In this document: positions 27,159-36,837 of the stretch, piece by piece
How positions within the stretch are numbered: the stretch's first letter is position 1
Layout of the letters: every line of letters begins with the position of its first letter
Assembly (NCBI GenBank): GCA_041659265.1
Contig: JBAZYP010000001.1
Span: 192,817-256,816, forward strand
From: Candidatus Pacearchaeota archaeon
GTDB taxonomy: Archaea; Nanobdellota; Nanobdellia; Pacearchaeales; GW2011-AR1
Length of the DNA stretch: 64,000 nucleotides
Direction: 5' to 3'
Made by a program: the position numbers and the translations under genes
The notes under the pieces: generated by a model
Told to the model about the DNA's origin: nothing
Seen by the model: the letters and a program-made list of their open reading frames with translations, nothing else
Database searches by the model: none

Positions 27159-30023
27159 ATGGTAGAAATTCCTGTTATTAATGTAGATTTAAATGTAGAT
27201 AAGTTTAAACCAGAGAATCTTGTTTGGGGTGATAAATATAATGCAAAGAAGGATAAGAAGAAAATCTATAAGATTTTAGCTTATCTAGCTATTATTGCTG
27301 CATTAATTATATTTTTTAGATTTGCTCTTTTAGCTTATTTGTATATTGCTAATTTACCAAAAATAAATAGTTATGATGCAAATATAGAAAGGATCGCTTT
27401 AAGCGATGATGGAAAACAAGTTTATATTAAATTAACGGGTGGAAACTCTAAAGAGATTGAATCTATTAAATTTATATTTAGAACAAATGAATCTGAATAT
27501 TTTTATGAAACAAGAGATGGAATTGGAGAGATATCTTATGAACAAACGAATTCATTCTTAAGTTATTTTGCTCATCCTGAATATGAAGGAAGTTATGATT
27601 ATTCTATTAATGCAATAGATATTGGTTTAGATAATTTTAAAGGAATAATAAAAGTTGAAGTTTCAATAAAATATAAGGATCAAAATACTGGAGAAGTTAA
27701 GGAAACAAAAACAATTGATAGTTCTAAAAAATCAGATATTAATGTTGTAAGAAGCGGAGGATATAGTGGAGGAGGCGGGGGCTCTGGAAGTAATGGCGGA
27801 GGATCAGGTGGTGGAAGTGGAAGTTCAGGAGGAGGAAGTGGAAATAATCAGGATAATAATAACAATAGTAGTAGTAATCCTATTTGTAGTTCGAATAATG
27901 ATTGTAATGATAATGTAATCTGTACTAATGATTTATGCATTTCTGGAACAAGGTGTGAACATAATCCTCAGGATAATCTTTGTGTACAAAATGAAAAATG
28001 TAATCCCGTATATGGATGTGAATATTTTGAAAATAATTCATTATTTATTGGATATGATTCATTAACTGGATATAGAATTGAAAAAGTTAATTGGAGTTCT
28101 TTAATTAATGTTATTGAATATGATAATGGCAGTTTAAAAAAAATAGGAACGAGTAATGGCTATGATTCTTCAGCGTTGTCTATTCAAAAAATAAGTTATG
28201 GTTTTGGAGGATATATGGAGTTTAGTGTAAATGAAACAAATACAAAAAAGAAAATAGGTTTTGGATATGGTAGCAATAGTACTAGCGATAGTGATCTTAA
28301 ATTTGCAATTGAATTGAACTCTAGTGGAAATATTTGGATTTGGGCTACTGTTTCTAATGACGCAAGACAACAATATGATCTAGGAATTAATTATCTAACT
28401 GGAGATAAGTTTAGAATCGCAATTGAACAATATCTTGATAATAATTTTATACCTCAATTTAAGGTAGTTTATTATAAGAATTCAGTTAAAATATTTGAAG
28501 ATAAGGAAATTAATTTTCCTCCAGGGATACATGATTGGTATATAGATAATTCTTTTTTTAGTCCTAATTCTTCAATTGAAAATGTAATTATCTCTTATCC
28601 AGGAAATTGGAAAAATGATAGTATAATTTATTCTTCTCCAAATGCTACAATTTATGGTGATGGAAGTATCAGTAGACCTATTGATTTTAGAACAATAATT
28701 ACCAATAAACTTCCTTTAAAGGATAATTTAACTATTATATTAAGGCAAGGTATTTATTCTTCTCCATTATTTAATTATCAATTGTATCCAAATAGTGGTT
28801 ATTACATAATTCAACCTTATAATAACGAACATATTATTATAAACGGTTCAATAATTATTAATGGAAATAGATTAATAGTTAGGAATCTTGAAATAATTGG
28901 TTTTGCTAACAATTCAAAAAGAGTAACTAATTTATCTGGAAGTAGTTTTCCTTTAGTTAATTTTACAGATGGAATAATAATTTATGGAGATGATGTTAGA
29001 CTTATTAATAATTATGTGCATGATATGAGGCAAGGAATTTCTGCATGGTCTAATAATGAGTATTCAGAGATTTATGGTAATATAATATTTAATAATGGTT
29101 GGGATGCTCCTGATCGGGGACATGGTCATGGATTTTATATTCAAAATGATGATGACATTAAAAGAATTATATCGAATGTTGTTTTTTCAAATCTAGGAGG
29201 TTATTCTATTCATGCATATACTCAGGCTGGAAATTTATCAAATTTATATTTTGAAAAAAATATTATTTTTAGAAATTCAAATCTAATTGGAAGTTGGTAT
29301 GGTGCTCCAGTTACTAATTTAACCATGAAATCAAATTATTTTTATTCTGAACTAGCTTTGGGTTATCAAAAACCCGATTATATTAATGATTTTGGAAATA
29401 TAATAAATAATTATTTTAATGGAGTAAGTATTAGATATTTTCAGAATTTAAGTTTTTATAATAATACTATGTTTAATAGAGCAGATAGCGATTCATTATC
29501 TTATATTTGTTATATGGAGCCTTGTTTTTTTAATAATAATATTGATTATAATTTATATTATAAAAATAGTACTGGTAATCCTTTACATATAGAGGGTTCT
29601 AGTCTAGGTAATTGGTTTAATTTGTCTTCTTGGCAGTCTGTAACTGGTTATGATATAAATAGCCAAGTTATAAGGAGTTTGCCACAGAATTTAATTATCA
29701 TTGAACCTAATATATATGAAATAGGTCGTGCAAATATTATTATTTATAACTGGCAGAATTTAACTTCTGTAAATATTAATATTTCTAATTTAGGATATTC
29801 TAATGGTGAAAATTATGAAATTAGGGATATACAGAATTATGATGAAATTTTATTAGAAGGTATTTATGATGGAAGTATGATTAATTTGCCTATGTATTTG
29901 ACAAAAACTCAGGGATTTAATGGCGATTTTACAGATTCTTATCATAATATTTCTGGAGGATATTTAACTCCAACACATACTGATTCAAGATTTAATATAT
30001 TTTTAATAAGAAAGAAAATTTAA
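27159..30023 (+). CDS. Third paralogue of the surface-protein family: shared N-terminal cassette with a different payload
   Basis: The first ~210 aa match the 3547 and 7744 products. They are followed by a Gly/Ser hinge, an N/D/C-rich knot (CSSNNDCNDNVICTNDLC), a ~250-aa domain and a distinct beta-helix ('IIINGNRLIVRNLEIIG', 'GHGHGFYIQND'). Confidence 0.8.
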   Translation: MVEIPVINVDLNVDKFKPENLVWGDKYNAKKDKKKIYKILAYLAIIAALIIFFRFALLAYLYIANLPKINSYDANIERIALSDDGKQVYIKLTGGNSKEIESIKFIFRTNESEYFYETRDGIGEISYEQTNSFLSYFAHPEYEGSYDYSINAIDIGLDNFKGIIKVEVSIKYKDQNTGEVKETKTIDSSKKSDINVVRSGGYSGGGGGSGSNGGGSGGGSGSSGGGSGNNQDNNNNSSSNPICSSNNDCNDNVICTNDLCISGTRCEHNPQDNLCVQNEKCNPVYGCEYFENNSLFIGYDSLTGYRIEKVNWSSLINVIEYDNGSLKKIGTSNGYDSSALSIQKISYGFGGYMEFSVNETNTKKKIGFGYGSNSTSDSDLKFAIELNSSGNIWIWATVSNDARQQYDLGINYLTGDKFRIAIEQYLDNNFIPQFKVVYYKNSVKIFEDKEINFPPGIHDWYIDNSFFSPNSSIENVIISYPGNWKNDSIIYSSPNATIYGDGSISRPIDFRTIITNKLPLKDNLTIILRQGIYSSPLFNYQLYPNSGYYIIQPYNNEHIIINGSIIINGNRLIVRNLEIIGFANNSKRVTNLSGSSFPLVNFTDGIIIYGDDVRLINNYVHDMRQGISAWSNNEYSEIYGNIIFNNGWDAPDRGHGHGFYIQNDDDIKRIISNVVFSNLGGYSIHAYTQAGNLSNLYFEKNIIFRNSNLIGSWYGAPVTNLTMKSNYFYSELALGYQKPDYINDFGNIINNYFNGVSIRYFQNLSFYNNTMFNRADSDSLSYICYMEPCFFNNNIDYNLYYKNSTGNPLHIEGSSLGNWFNLSSWQSVTGYDINSQVIRSLPQNLIIIEPNIYEIGRANIIIYNWQNLTSVNINISNLGYSNGENYEIRDIQNYDEILLEGIYDGSMINLPMYLTKTQGFNGDFTDSYHNISGGYLTPTHTDSRFNIFLIRKKI

Positions 30024-30024
30024 T

Positions 30025-31242
30025 CTAAATTCTAAACTTATTCAAACCATTAGCAACAATAATCGCAGCCTTTTTTTCTTCAAGATATTTTATTTCATCT
30101 TCTTCCAAATCAATCTTGTTTATATTATTCTTGTTTAGAATTAATGGAAGGATAAAATAATCTCTCATTGCTTTCTTTTTTGACATATGAGCGAATTTAG
30201 CATATTTTTCAACAATTGATTTCTTTTTTGCATTTTTTTGATTAGATAACCAAATTTTTAATATTCTTGAAGGTTGCTTGTATTGCTGGTAACGGGTTCC
30301 TTTTAATTTTGTTGCTGATGATATTCCTGCTGTTAGGAAAAAGTTTTGATAGACTAAAAATCTCCAATGCTGTTGTCTATAAATACGGCCTTTGAATATA
30401 TCTGCTTTTGAAAGATAATCATAGGCTTTTACAAGAGCTTTCCCTTGATATTCTATAGGAATATTTTCTTCAATCCAAAGAGTTATTTCATCCATATCTA
30501 AATTGGAATTATCGAAAAGATTAATTGTTGATTCATTAGTTGGTGATTGGAATAGTTTCTTTAAAATATTAAATATATCTTCTTGTTTTTCTCTTTCAAA
30601 TATTTCTGTAACAAATGCATCTTCTCCTAAACTTAATGCTGATTCTAGGTCATTAAGAGCTGAACGAACATCTCCTCTTGCTTTTTTTGCAATTAATAGA
30701 ATTACTTCTTTTTTTAAGGTTCTTTTTTCTTTTTTAAGAATATTTTCAATTATATCTACAATTATTGGATCTTTTAATTCTTTTAAATTAATCATCTGGC
30801 ATTTTTGCCTAAGTAGACCAAATTTCTTTTGCCAGATATCATTTGCAGTAATAATTATTGGGAAATTAGTTTTTTCAATAATTGTTATAAGTTCAGGTAA
30901 ACCTCCTCTATCTGAAGCTGTTATTCCATCTGCTTCATCCATTAAAATTAATTTCCCTCGATTAAATAAAGATTGCTGATTGGTTGCGGGTTTTAAAACT
31001 TCTTCTAATTTACTTTTATTTCTTAAATCACTTGCATTTAATTCGAATAATTCCAAATTAAGTTCTTTACCCATTGCTAATACTATTGAAGTTTTTCCTA
31101 CACCAACAGGACCATTTAAGATAAGTGCTTTTTTTCTTGGAAAAGATTTGTAGAAATTTATTACATCTTGTATAGCTGTCTCTTGACCTTTGATATCTTC
31201 AAAAGTCTTTACTCTATATTTTTCAATTAATGGTAATGTCAT
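30025..31242 (-). CDS. rfcL: Replication factor C large subunit
   Basis: 'IEKYRVKTFEDIKGQE', Walker A 'LNGPVGVGKTS' and 'ILMDEADG'. It is adjacent to rfcS. Confidence 0.85.
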   Translation of the reverse strand: MTLPLIEKYRVKTFEDIKGQETAIQDVINFYKSFPRKKALILNGPVGVGKTSIVLAMGKELNLELFELNASDLRNKSKLEEVLKPATNQQSLFNRGKLILMDEADGITASDRGGLPELITIIEKTNFPIIITANDIWQKKFGLLRQKCQMINLKELKDPIIVDIIENILKKEKRTLKKEVILLIAKKARGDVRSALNDLESALSLGEDAFVTEIFEREKQEDIFNILKKLFQSPTNESTINLFDNSNLDMDEITLWIEENIPIEYQGKALVKAYDYLSKADIFKGRIYRQQHWRFLVYQNFFLTAGISSATKLKGTRYQQYKQPSRILKIWLSNQKNAKKKSIVEKYAKFAHMSKKKAMRDYFILPLILNKNNINKIDLEEDEIKYLEEKKAAIIVANGLNKFRI

Positions 31243-31278
31243 CTTATTCTTTATTTAAAATGAATATAAAATTATTAT

Positions 31279-32253
31279 TTAACGGATTCCTCTTCCTGCT
31301 AAGACAAAACTTGCAAGAAGGGCTTCTAATTGTATGAATTCATCACTACCTTCGACTAATCTGAATTCAATTTCACCGGTTTTTTCAGTTAATCTTACTT
31401 TTAATTCGTCATCTATTTTTAAGTTCCAGACTTCTTTTTGTATTGATTTTATTATATCTGTTCCTGAAACAGATTCTTTTAACATTACATCAAGCAGTTT
31501 TTCCTTTGCTTTTAAGAAATCTCCGGCTAAAGCATATTCTAAAACTATTTTTATTTCAGCGGGTTCAGCTCCGGAAACAAGAGTGTTGATTAATTCAGGA
31601 GTTATTGAAGTTGAAATTGATGAAGATGCTTGCAAGAGATTAATTACTCTTCTAAAATCTCCTTCACTTACTTCATATAAAGTTTCAATTGTTTTATCTG
31701 AAATAGTTAAACCTTCTTTTTCTGTTATTATTTTTACTCTTTTTTCAATATCTTTTTTTTCAAGAAGTTTAAATCTAAATATTACGCATCTTGATTGAAT
31801 GGGATCAATAATTTTTGAAGAATAGTTGCATGACATAATAAATCTACAAGTTGAAGTAAAGTTCTCCATAGTCCTTCTAAGGGCTTGTTGAGCTTCTTTA
31901 GTAAGCGCATCAGCTTCATCTAAGAATATAACTTTAAATGGAACATTACCTATTGCTTTAGTTCTAGCAAAATCTTTTACTTTTTGTCTAACTACATCTA
32001 TTCCTCTTTCATCTGAAGCATTTAATTCAAGATAATTCTCTTTCCAATGGACGCCATATAATTCTTTAACTACAATTAAAGCTAAAGTTGATTTTCCTGT
32101 ACCAGCAGGTCCAGCAAATAATAGGTGAGGAATATTTAGAGCTTTTGTTAGATTCTGAACCTTTTTAATAATGTCTGATTGACCAACAACTTCTTCAAAC
32201 TTTTTAGGTCTATATTTCTCAGTCCAAATTACAGATTGATTTATTGGGTCCAT
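31279..32253 (-). CDS. rfcS: Replication factor C small subunit
   Basis: 'WTEKYRPKKFEEVVGQ', 'LLFAGPAGTGKST', 'VIFLDEADALT' and the 'SRC' motif. Confidence 0.9.
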   Translation of the reverse strand: MDPINQSVIWTEKYRPKKFEEVVGQSDIIKKVQNLTKALNIPHLLFAGPAGTGKSTLALIVVKELYGVHWKENYLELNASDERGIDVVRQKVKDFARTKAIGNVPFKVIFLDEADALTKEAQQALRRTMENFTSTCRFIMSCNYSSKIIDPIQSRCVIFRFKLLEKKDIEKRVKIITEKEGLTISDKTIETLYEVSEGDFRRVINLLQASSSISTSITPELINTLVSGAEPAEIKIVLEYALAGDFLKAKEKLLDVMLKESVSGTDIIKSIQKEVWNLKIDDELKVRLTEKTGEIEFRLVEGSDEFIQLEALLASFVLAGRGIR

Positions 32254-32346
32254 CTTTTTTATCTAATTTTAAAGAAACAAAATTGTTTTATAAATATTGT
32301 TATTCTGAAATGTTAAGGATTGTTAAGAATTTAGAAATTATTGAAA

Positions 32347-32457
32347 TTAACCAGTTCTTCTTTGCTTTCTTTTCTTCTTGACACGTCTAAGTCTCTTTCT
32401 TTGCCATTTCCAACGCATTTGGTTCTTCTTCTTCCACCTACGACTCGATCTTTTCAT
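32347..32457 (-). CDS. rpl41e: Ribosomal protein L41e (36 aa)
   Basis: Absent from the ORF track because it is shorter than 60 aa. My translation is MKRSSRRWKKKNQMRWKWQRKRLRRVKKKRKQRRTG, the extremely basic R/K/W pattern typical of archaeal L41e. Confidence 0.7.
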   Translation of the reverse strand: MKRSSRRWKKKNQMRWKWQRKRLRRVKKKRKQRRTG

Positions 32458-32541
32458 TTTAATATAAATATGATAGGAAAATATGAAAAGGATGGTTTAT
32501 AAATATTACTTTTTAATGTTTTTCCTAATTAAGGGGTAATT

Positions 32542-32919
32542 TTATTCAATCCTTTTATGTGGATGATAGGTTTTTTTAAGAACCAGTGAAGAATCTGCAT
32601 TTTTAAGAAGTTTATCAAGGCATTTTGCACCTAGTTTAATTTCTCTTGCATTTGCCCATATAGAGGCTGTAAAATCAGGGTCTTTTATATATCCCTTTGG
32701 AACAAATGTAATTTCTTCATTTATACCTATGTTATATCTTTCTTTTTTATTATTTTCTTTTAATGATTCTACAGCTTCTGTTAGGCTTTTTACTGAAATA
32801 TTTAATAAAAAATATGCATCGTCTTCCCTATTAATTCCTCTATGCTCATATTGCAATTCTATTAAATCTCCGTTTCTATAAAATGTGCAATCTGTTGATC
32901 CGTGAGGTTTATTTTGCAT
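32542..32919 (-). CDS. Hypothetical protein
   Basis: A 125-aa ORF with no motif. Confidence 0.4.
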   Translation of the reverse strand: MQNKPHGSTDCTFYRNGDLIELQYEHRGINREDDAYFLLNISVKSLTEAVESLKENNKKERYNIGINEEITFVPKGYIKDPDFTASIWANAREIKLGAKCLDKLLKNADSSLVLKKTYHPHKRIE

Positions 32920-32997
32920 AATTATAATAATTCTTAACCCTATTTATAAATAATCCATATTAACACTTTTTAGTATATATTCAATAGTGTTTAATAA

Positions 32998-33303
32998 TTA
33001 TTCAAGAAGTTTTGCTTCTAGTGTTTTTGCTAGAATTTCATCAAAAGGCATTATATCTTGAATTTCTTGATGGTAGCAGGAGGAGTCTAATTCGCATGAT
33101 TGTCTATCGTAATGTTTTTTGCAATTATGATTTGGAAGAGGGCCTCCTGCAAATTCATCATGATTAATTATACCAAGAATTGGCAAATTTTGATTATCTA
33201 TAATAAACCATTTACCTTCTATTTTTTCATTATCATCGATTTTTTCACAGGAATAATTAATTTTTATTAGATATTTCATTTTATTGATTTTAGATACCAA
33301 CAA
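32998..33303 (-). CDS. Hypothetical Cys/His-containing small protein (last gene of the sugar operon)
   Basis: A 101-aa ORF that overlaps the upstream epimerase gene by 28 nt. It contains 'HNCKKHYDRQSCELDSSCYH'. Confidence 0.4.
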   Translation of the reverse strand: MLVSKINKMKYLIKINYSCEKIDDNEKIEGKWFIIDNQNLPILGIINHDEFAGGPLPNHNCKKHYDRQSCELDSSCYHQEIQDIMPFDEILAKTLEAKLLE

Positions 33304-34199
33304 TAGGTTTTATCTAAACCTTCCTCCATATTTACTTTTGGGACCCATCCTAATATTTCTTTAGCTTTATTATTATCAAGGCAACTCTTTTTTTGTTCTC
33401 CTTTTTTTATTGGTTCGTATTTAGGATCAAATTCATTTTTAAAATATCTATTTAATCTTGAGAAAATTTCTATAATATCTGTTTCTTTACCAGTACCAAT
33501 ATTATAGGTATCACTTTTATTATCTTTTAAGGCTAGTAAGTTTGCATAAGCAACATCTTTTACATAAACAAAATCTCTTGTTTGAATTCCTCCAAATATT
33601 ATTGGAGTTTTTCCTAATATCATATTATTTAAAAATATTGATATAACTCCTGCTTCACCATGGGGATTTTGTCTTGGTCCATAGACGTTTGAATATCTTA
33701 AAGCAGTATATTTAAGTCCATAAGTTTTATTATAAAAATTAAGATATTTTTCTATAGCTAATTTAGCACAACCATAAGGAGAAACTGGATTTTCTTTATG
33801 ATCTTCTTTTGTTGGAAGTTCTTTTGTATCTCCGTAAATAGCTCCACCTGTTGAAGAGAATATTAAATGTTTAATATCATTTTTTCTTGAAAGTTCAAGC
33901 AGGTTTAATGTTGATAAAATATTTATATTTGCATCTTTAATTGGATCTTCAACTGATTTTCTTATATCTATTTGAGCTGCTAGATGGTAAACAATATCTG
34001 GTTTAACTTGTTCAAAAATATTAGAAACAGATTCGTGATTTGAAAGATCTATATTATGGAATTTTGCTTTAGGATTAATATTTTCTAATTTTCCTGTTGA
34101 AAGATTATCAATTATATGAACTTCTTCATTTTTTTTAATAAGCAAATCTGAAAGATGACTTCCGATGAATCCTGCTCCACCTGTAATAAGAATTTTCAT
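33276..34199 (-). CDS. NAD-dependent sugar epimerase/dehydratase (GalE-like)
   Basis: 'MKILITGGAGFIGSHL', 'YGCAKLAIEKY' (the YxxxK catalytic motif) and 'SNVYGPRQ'. Confidence 0.8.
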   Translation of the reverse strand: MKILITGGAGFIGSHLSDLLIKKNEEVHIIDNLSTGKLENINPKAKFHNIDLSNHESVSNIFEQVKPDIVYHLAAQIDIRKSVEDPIKDANINILSTLNLLELSRKNDIKHLIFSSTGGAIYGDTKELPTKEDHKENPVSPYGCAKLAIEKYLNFYNKTYGLKYTALRYSNVYGPRQNPHGEAGVISIFLNNMILGKTPIIFGGIQTRDFVYVKDVAYANLLALKDNKSDTYNIGTGKETDIIEIFSRLNRYFKNEFDPKYEPIKKGEQKKSCLDNNKAKEILGWVPKVNMEEGLDKTYCWYLKSIK

Positions 34200-35275
34200 T
34201 TTATTCTCCTTATGTTTTTTATAAATTCAGATGTTCTTGGTGGGCAACCTGGAATATTAATTTTCTTGGATTTATAAGAGCAATTACCAAAATTTATTAT
34301 TTCAAAATTATTCTCATTATTTTTTCCAATATTTAATTTAAGGTTATTTAATAGATTAGGATCTATTTTTTTTGTTTTTTTTAAAGATAGATATAATGCA
34401 CCAATACAATTACTGCAAGATTTATTGTTTATAATAGTTACTTTAAATTCTCTTTCTAAGAATTTTAAACCCGGCATATCTTTTTTAAAACTTATTTTAA
34501 TGTCTTTAACCCTTTCTCCAATAATTTTTATTTTATTTTTATTAATTAATTTAAGATGTTCTATTTTTTTTGGAGATATTCTCATAATTCTTGCGGATAT
34601 ATAATCTAGAGAGAATATATCCTTTGATGCAAGAATTATATTAGCTCTTTTTGGTTCATAAAGTTCATTTCCTATTATTCCATCAATTATTCCATAAACA
34701 TTATTTATTGAATTACTTAGATCATAAACTGCTTTAGATAAACCAATTTCATGGAATCTTTTTTTATCTTTATCTTTTAATAGTCCTTTTAAATTTTTAA
34801 TAGAACAGGAGATTGTACTAACATAATTTGTTTTTAATTTAGCAATACTTATTACAATATCAAAGATAAATACTTCTTCAGGCAGTTCAATTGAATTAAG
34901 TATTTTTCCATTTATTTTTATTTTTTTATATTTTGATTTTTTAAAGTCTATCATTTTAATATTCAATTTTTTACATTCATCAAAAATTCCTGTTTTTTTA
35001 TAGGCATCTATTGTATCAATATTTACACTTGAAGATTCTCCAACAACTAATTCTTTTGTTATTGGAATTAATAATTTAATAATGCATCTAAAAAATATCG
35101 GATTAGTAGTTTTTGCTTGATTCGATGAGAATATTCCTGTGCAATTTGGTTTTAATAGGACTTTTTTATTATGTATTGAATTTAAAATTCCAGAACTTTG
35201 TAAAATATTTTTTACTTTTGGTAAAAGCTCTTTTTCTTTATAATTTTCATGTTTTATTATCGAAACAGTTTTCAT
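34196..35275 (-). CDS. DUF362-like protein
   Basis: 'VLLKPNC' near the N-terminus and the overall length and pattern are reminiscent of DUF362. There is a C-terminal Cys cluster ('CSNCIGALY', 'GNCSYK', 'GCPP'). The call is from memory only. Confidence 0.45.
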   Translation of the reverse strand: MKTVSIIKHENYKEKELLPKVKNILQSSGILNSIHNKKVLLKPNCTGIFSSNQAKTTNPIFFRCIIKLLIPITKELVVGESSSVNIDTIDAYKKTGIFDECKKLNIKMIDFKKSKYKKIKINGKILNSIELPEEVFIFDIVISIAKLKTNYVSTISCSIKNLKGLLKDKDKKRFHEIGLSKAVYDLSNSINNVYGIIDGIIGNELYEPKRANIILASKDIFSLDYISARIMRISPKKIEHLKLINKNKIKIIGERVKDIKISFKKDMPGLKFLEREFKVTIINNKSCSNCIGALYLSLKKTKKIDPNLLNNLKLNIGKNNENNFEIINFGNCSYKSKKINIPGCPPRTSEFIKNIRRIK

Positions 35276-35276
35276 T

Positions 35277-36314
35277 TTAATTTAATAATCTCCTAGCTTG
35301 AATATAAGCTCCAATTAAATTAGGATTTTCTTGAGTTATCTCTTTTGAAGATTTTATATTTATAGAGGTTTTTTCTTCAGATAATCCCCCAGATATGCCA
35401 TTTTTAAATAATTTATAAGAATCCATAATTTCTCCTGAAAGTATGATTTCAAAATCTTTTTTATATGGTTTTAATTCTTCGTTTGCTTTTGCTATTGAAT
35501 AACCTAAAAAATTTCCCATTAAATGATACGCTATTTTAGCTGAAGATTTATCCCTAGCTAAAGAGGAAATTTCTTTTGCATCTTTTTTTTCACCTGTAAA
35601 CATTTCATATAGATTTGAAACTCCTCTTGCTGAAACTAAAGAACCTATTTTATAATCTTTTGAACCATTTTCAAGAACTTTTTTAATACTTTTTTCAATT
35701 GTTATTTTTTTTATATATGAATCTATTTTATCTAATGGGATTGAGAGATTTAATCCTAAATCATTTAACAAAGGATTATCTTCAGAATTAAAAATATGAT
35801 TTTTATTAAATCTTATTCTATTTAAGATAGTACCTTCTTCATCAATCACTGAACTACCTAAACCTGAACCTAGAACTAAATATAACAATGGTTTTTTTGT
35901 ATAATTAAAGATACCTAACCCCCCACAATCTGCATCGTTATCAATTGAAGTATTAGAAATACCGATACCTTTGAAAATTTCTGGAATATTTTTTCCAATA
36001 AATGAACCTAAAACTGTTGATCTATAAACTGAATTATCTGTTGCAATTAATCCTGCTAAACCAATACCTGCAACCAAAATCTCTTTATTTTTAGTAAATT
36101 CTAAAACTCTTTTTTCAAGATCTTCGACAGCATCTTTTTCAGCTAATGAATTATAATCATGTTTCCATGAATATTTATCAGTTATATTTCCATTTAAATC
36201 GAATAAACCCGCTTTAATCGCAGTACCCCCCATATCAAGCGCTAGTATTTTTTGTTCCATATTCATCCTCTTTTGAAAAACCCATTGATAATGCAAAAAC
36301 TCCGAGTATTCCAA
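35277..36314 (-). CDS. ROK/BadF-type sugar kinase
   Basis: 'ILALDMGGTAIKAGLFD', 'GIGLAGL', 'NDADCGGLG'. The true start is probably Met17 or Met19 (36266 or 36260), because the listed 5' end overlaps the upstream gene by 80 nt. Confidence 0.65.
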   Translation of the reverse strand: MEYSEFLHYQWVFQKRMNMEQKILALDMGGTAIKAGLFDLNGNITDKYSWKHDYNSLAEKDAVEDLEKRVLEFTKNKEILVAGIGLAGLIATDNSVYRSTVLGSFIGKNIPEIFKGIGISNTSIDNDADCGGLGIFNYTKKPLLYLVLGSGLGSSVIDEEGTILNRIRFNKNHIFNSEDNPLLNDLGLNLSIPLDKIDSYIKKITIEKSIKKVLENGSKDYKIGSLVSARGVSNLYEMFTGEKKDAKEISSLARDKSSAKIAYHLMGNFLGYSIAKANEELKPYKKDFEIILSGEIMDSYKLFKNGISGGLSEEKTSINIKSSKEITQENPNLIGAYIQARRLLN

Positions 36315-36834
36315 GAAATATATTAGATAAATAATCTGTATCTCTTGGAGGTTCTTTTATAACTATTCCTTTAGGAAGTCTATTATTGAAATATTCTTTT
36401 ATATTGTCTTTTTGTTTTTTTATTAAACCTATTTCATATTGCCAATTCTTTTTTTGATAAATTAGGTTGTTATTAATAAAATTCATTTCTTGGATAATTG
36501 ATTCATCTTCAGATAATTCTTGAGAATCAAATATTTCAATAGCTTTTTCAAGATGTGAACGTGCTTTTTCTATTTCCTGTTTTTCTGGTGGACAAGGTAT
36601 TACCATCTCATTAACATAACAAAGTGAATTATCTGATAAATAATAAATGGATCTATTCATTTCTTTTAATGTTTCTTCAGCTGGAATTATATATTCAATT
36701 AATGGATTTTTTTCTTGAAGATTTTTTATTTTTTTATTTCTATTTGTATTGAATGTTATTGGAGAAATTCCCCAATATAATCCTGTAAGAATTAAAGATA
36801 CTCCTGCAATTTTGAATATTTTTTTTTCTAGCAT
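36235..36834 (-). CDS. Hypothetical bitopic membrane protein
   Basis: TM helices at both the N- and C-terminus. It is embedded in the operon, 3 nt after the upstream stop. Confidence 0.45.
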   Translation of the reverse strand: MLEKKIFKIAGVSLILTGLYWGISPITFNTNRNKKIKNLQEKNPLIEYIIPAEETLKEMNRSIYYLSDNSLCYVNEMVIPCPPEKQEIEKARSHLEKAIEIFDSQELSEDESIIQEMNFINNNLIYQKKNWQYEIGLIKKQKDNIKEYFNNRLPKGIVIKEPPRDTDYLSNIFLGILGVFALSMGFSKEDEYGTKNTSA

Positions 36835-36837
36835 TTT

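Noticed and set aside
3547-30023. Diversity-generating retroelement targeting the surface-protein paralogues. DGRs are established in some DPANN lineages.
   Set aside because: No reverse-transcriptase ORF is in the window. No template/variable repeat pair with adenine-specific mismatches was seen. The one identical tract (4180-4322 and 8359-8501) has no mismatches at all.
30503-31798. Plus-strand ORFs 30503-30979 and 31334-31798.
   Set aside because: They are antisense to the strongly motif-supported rfcL and rfcS genes.
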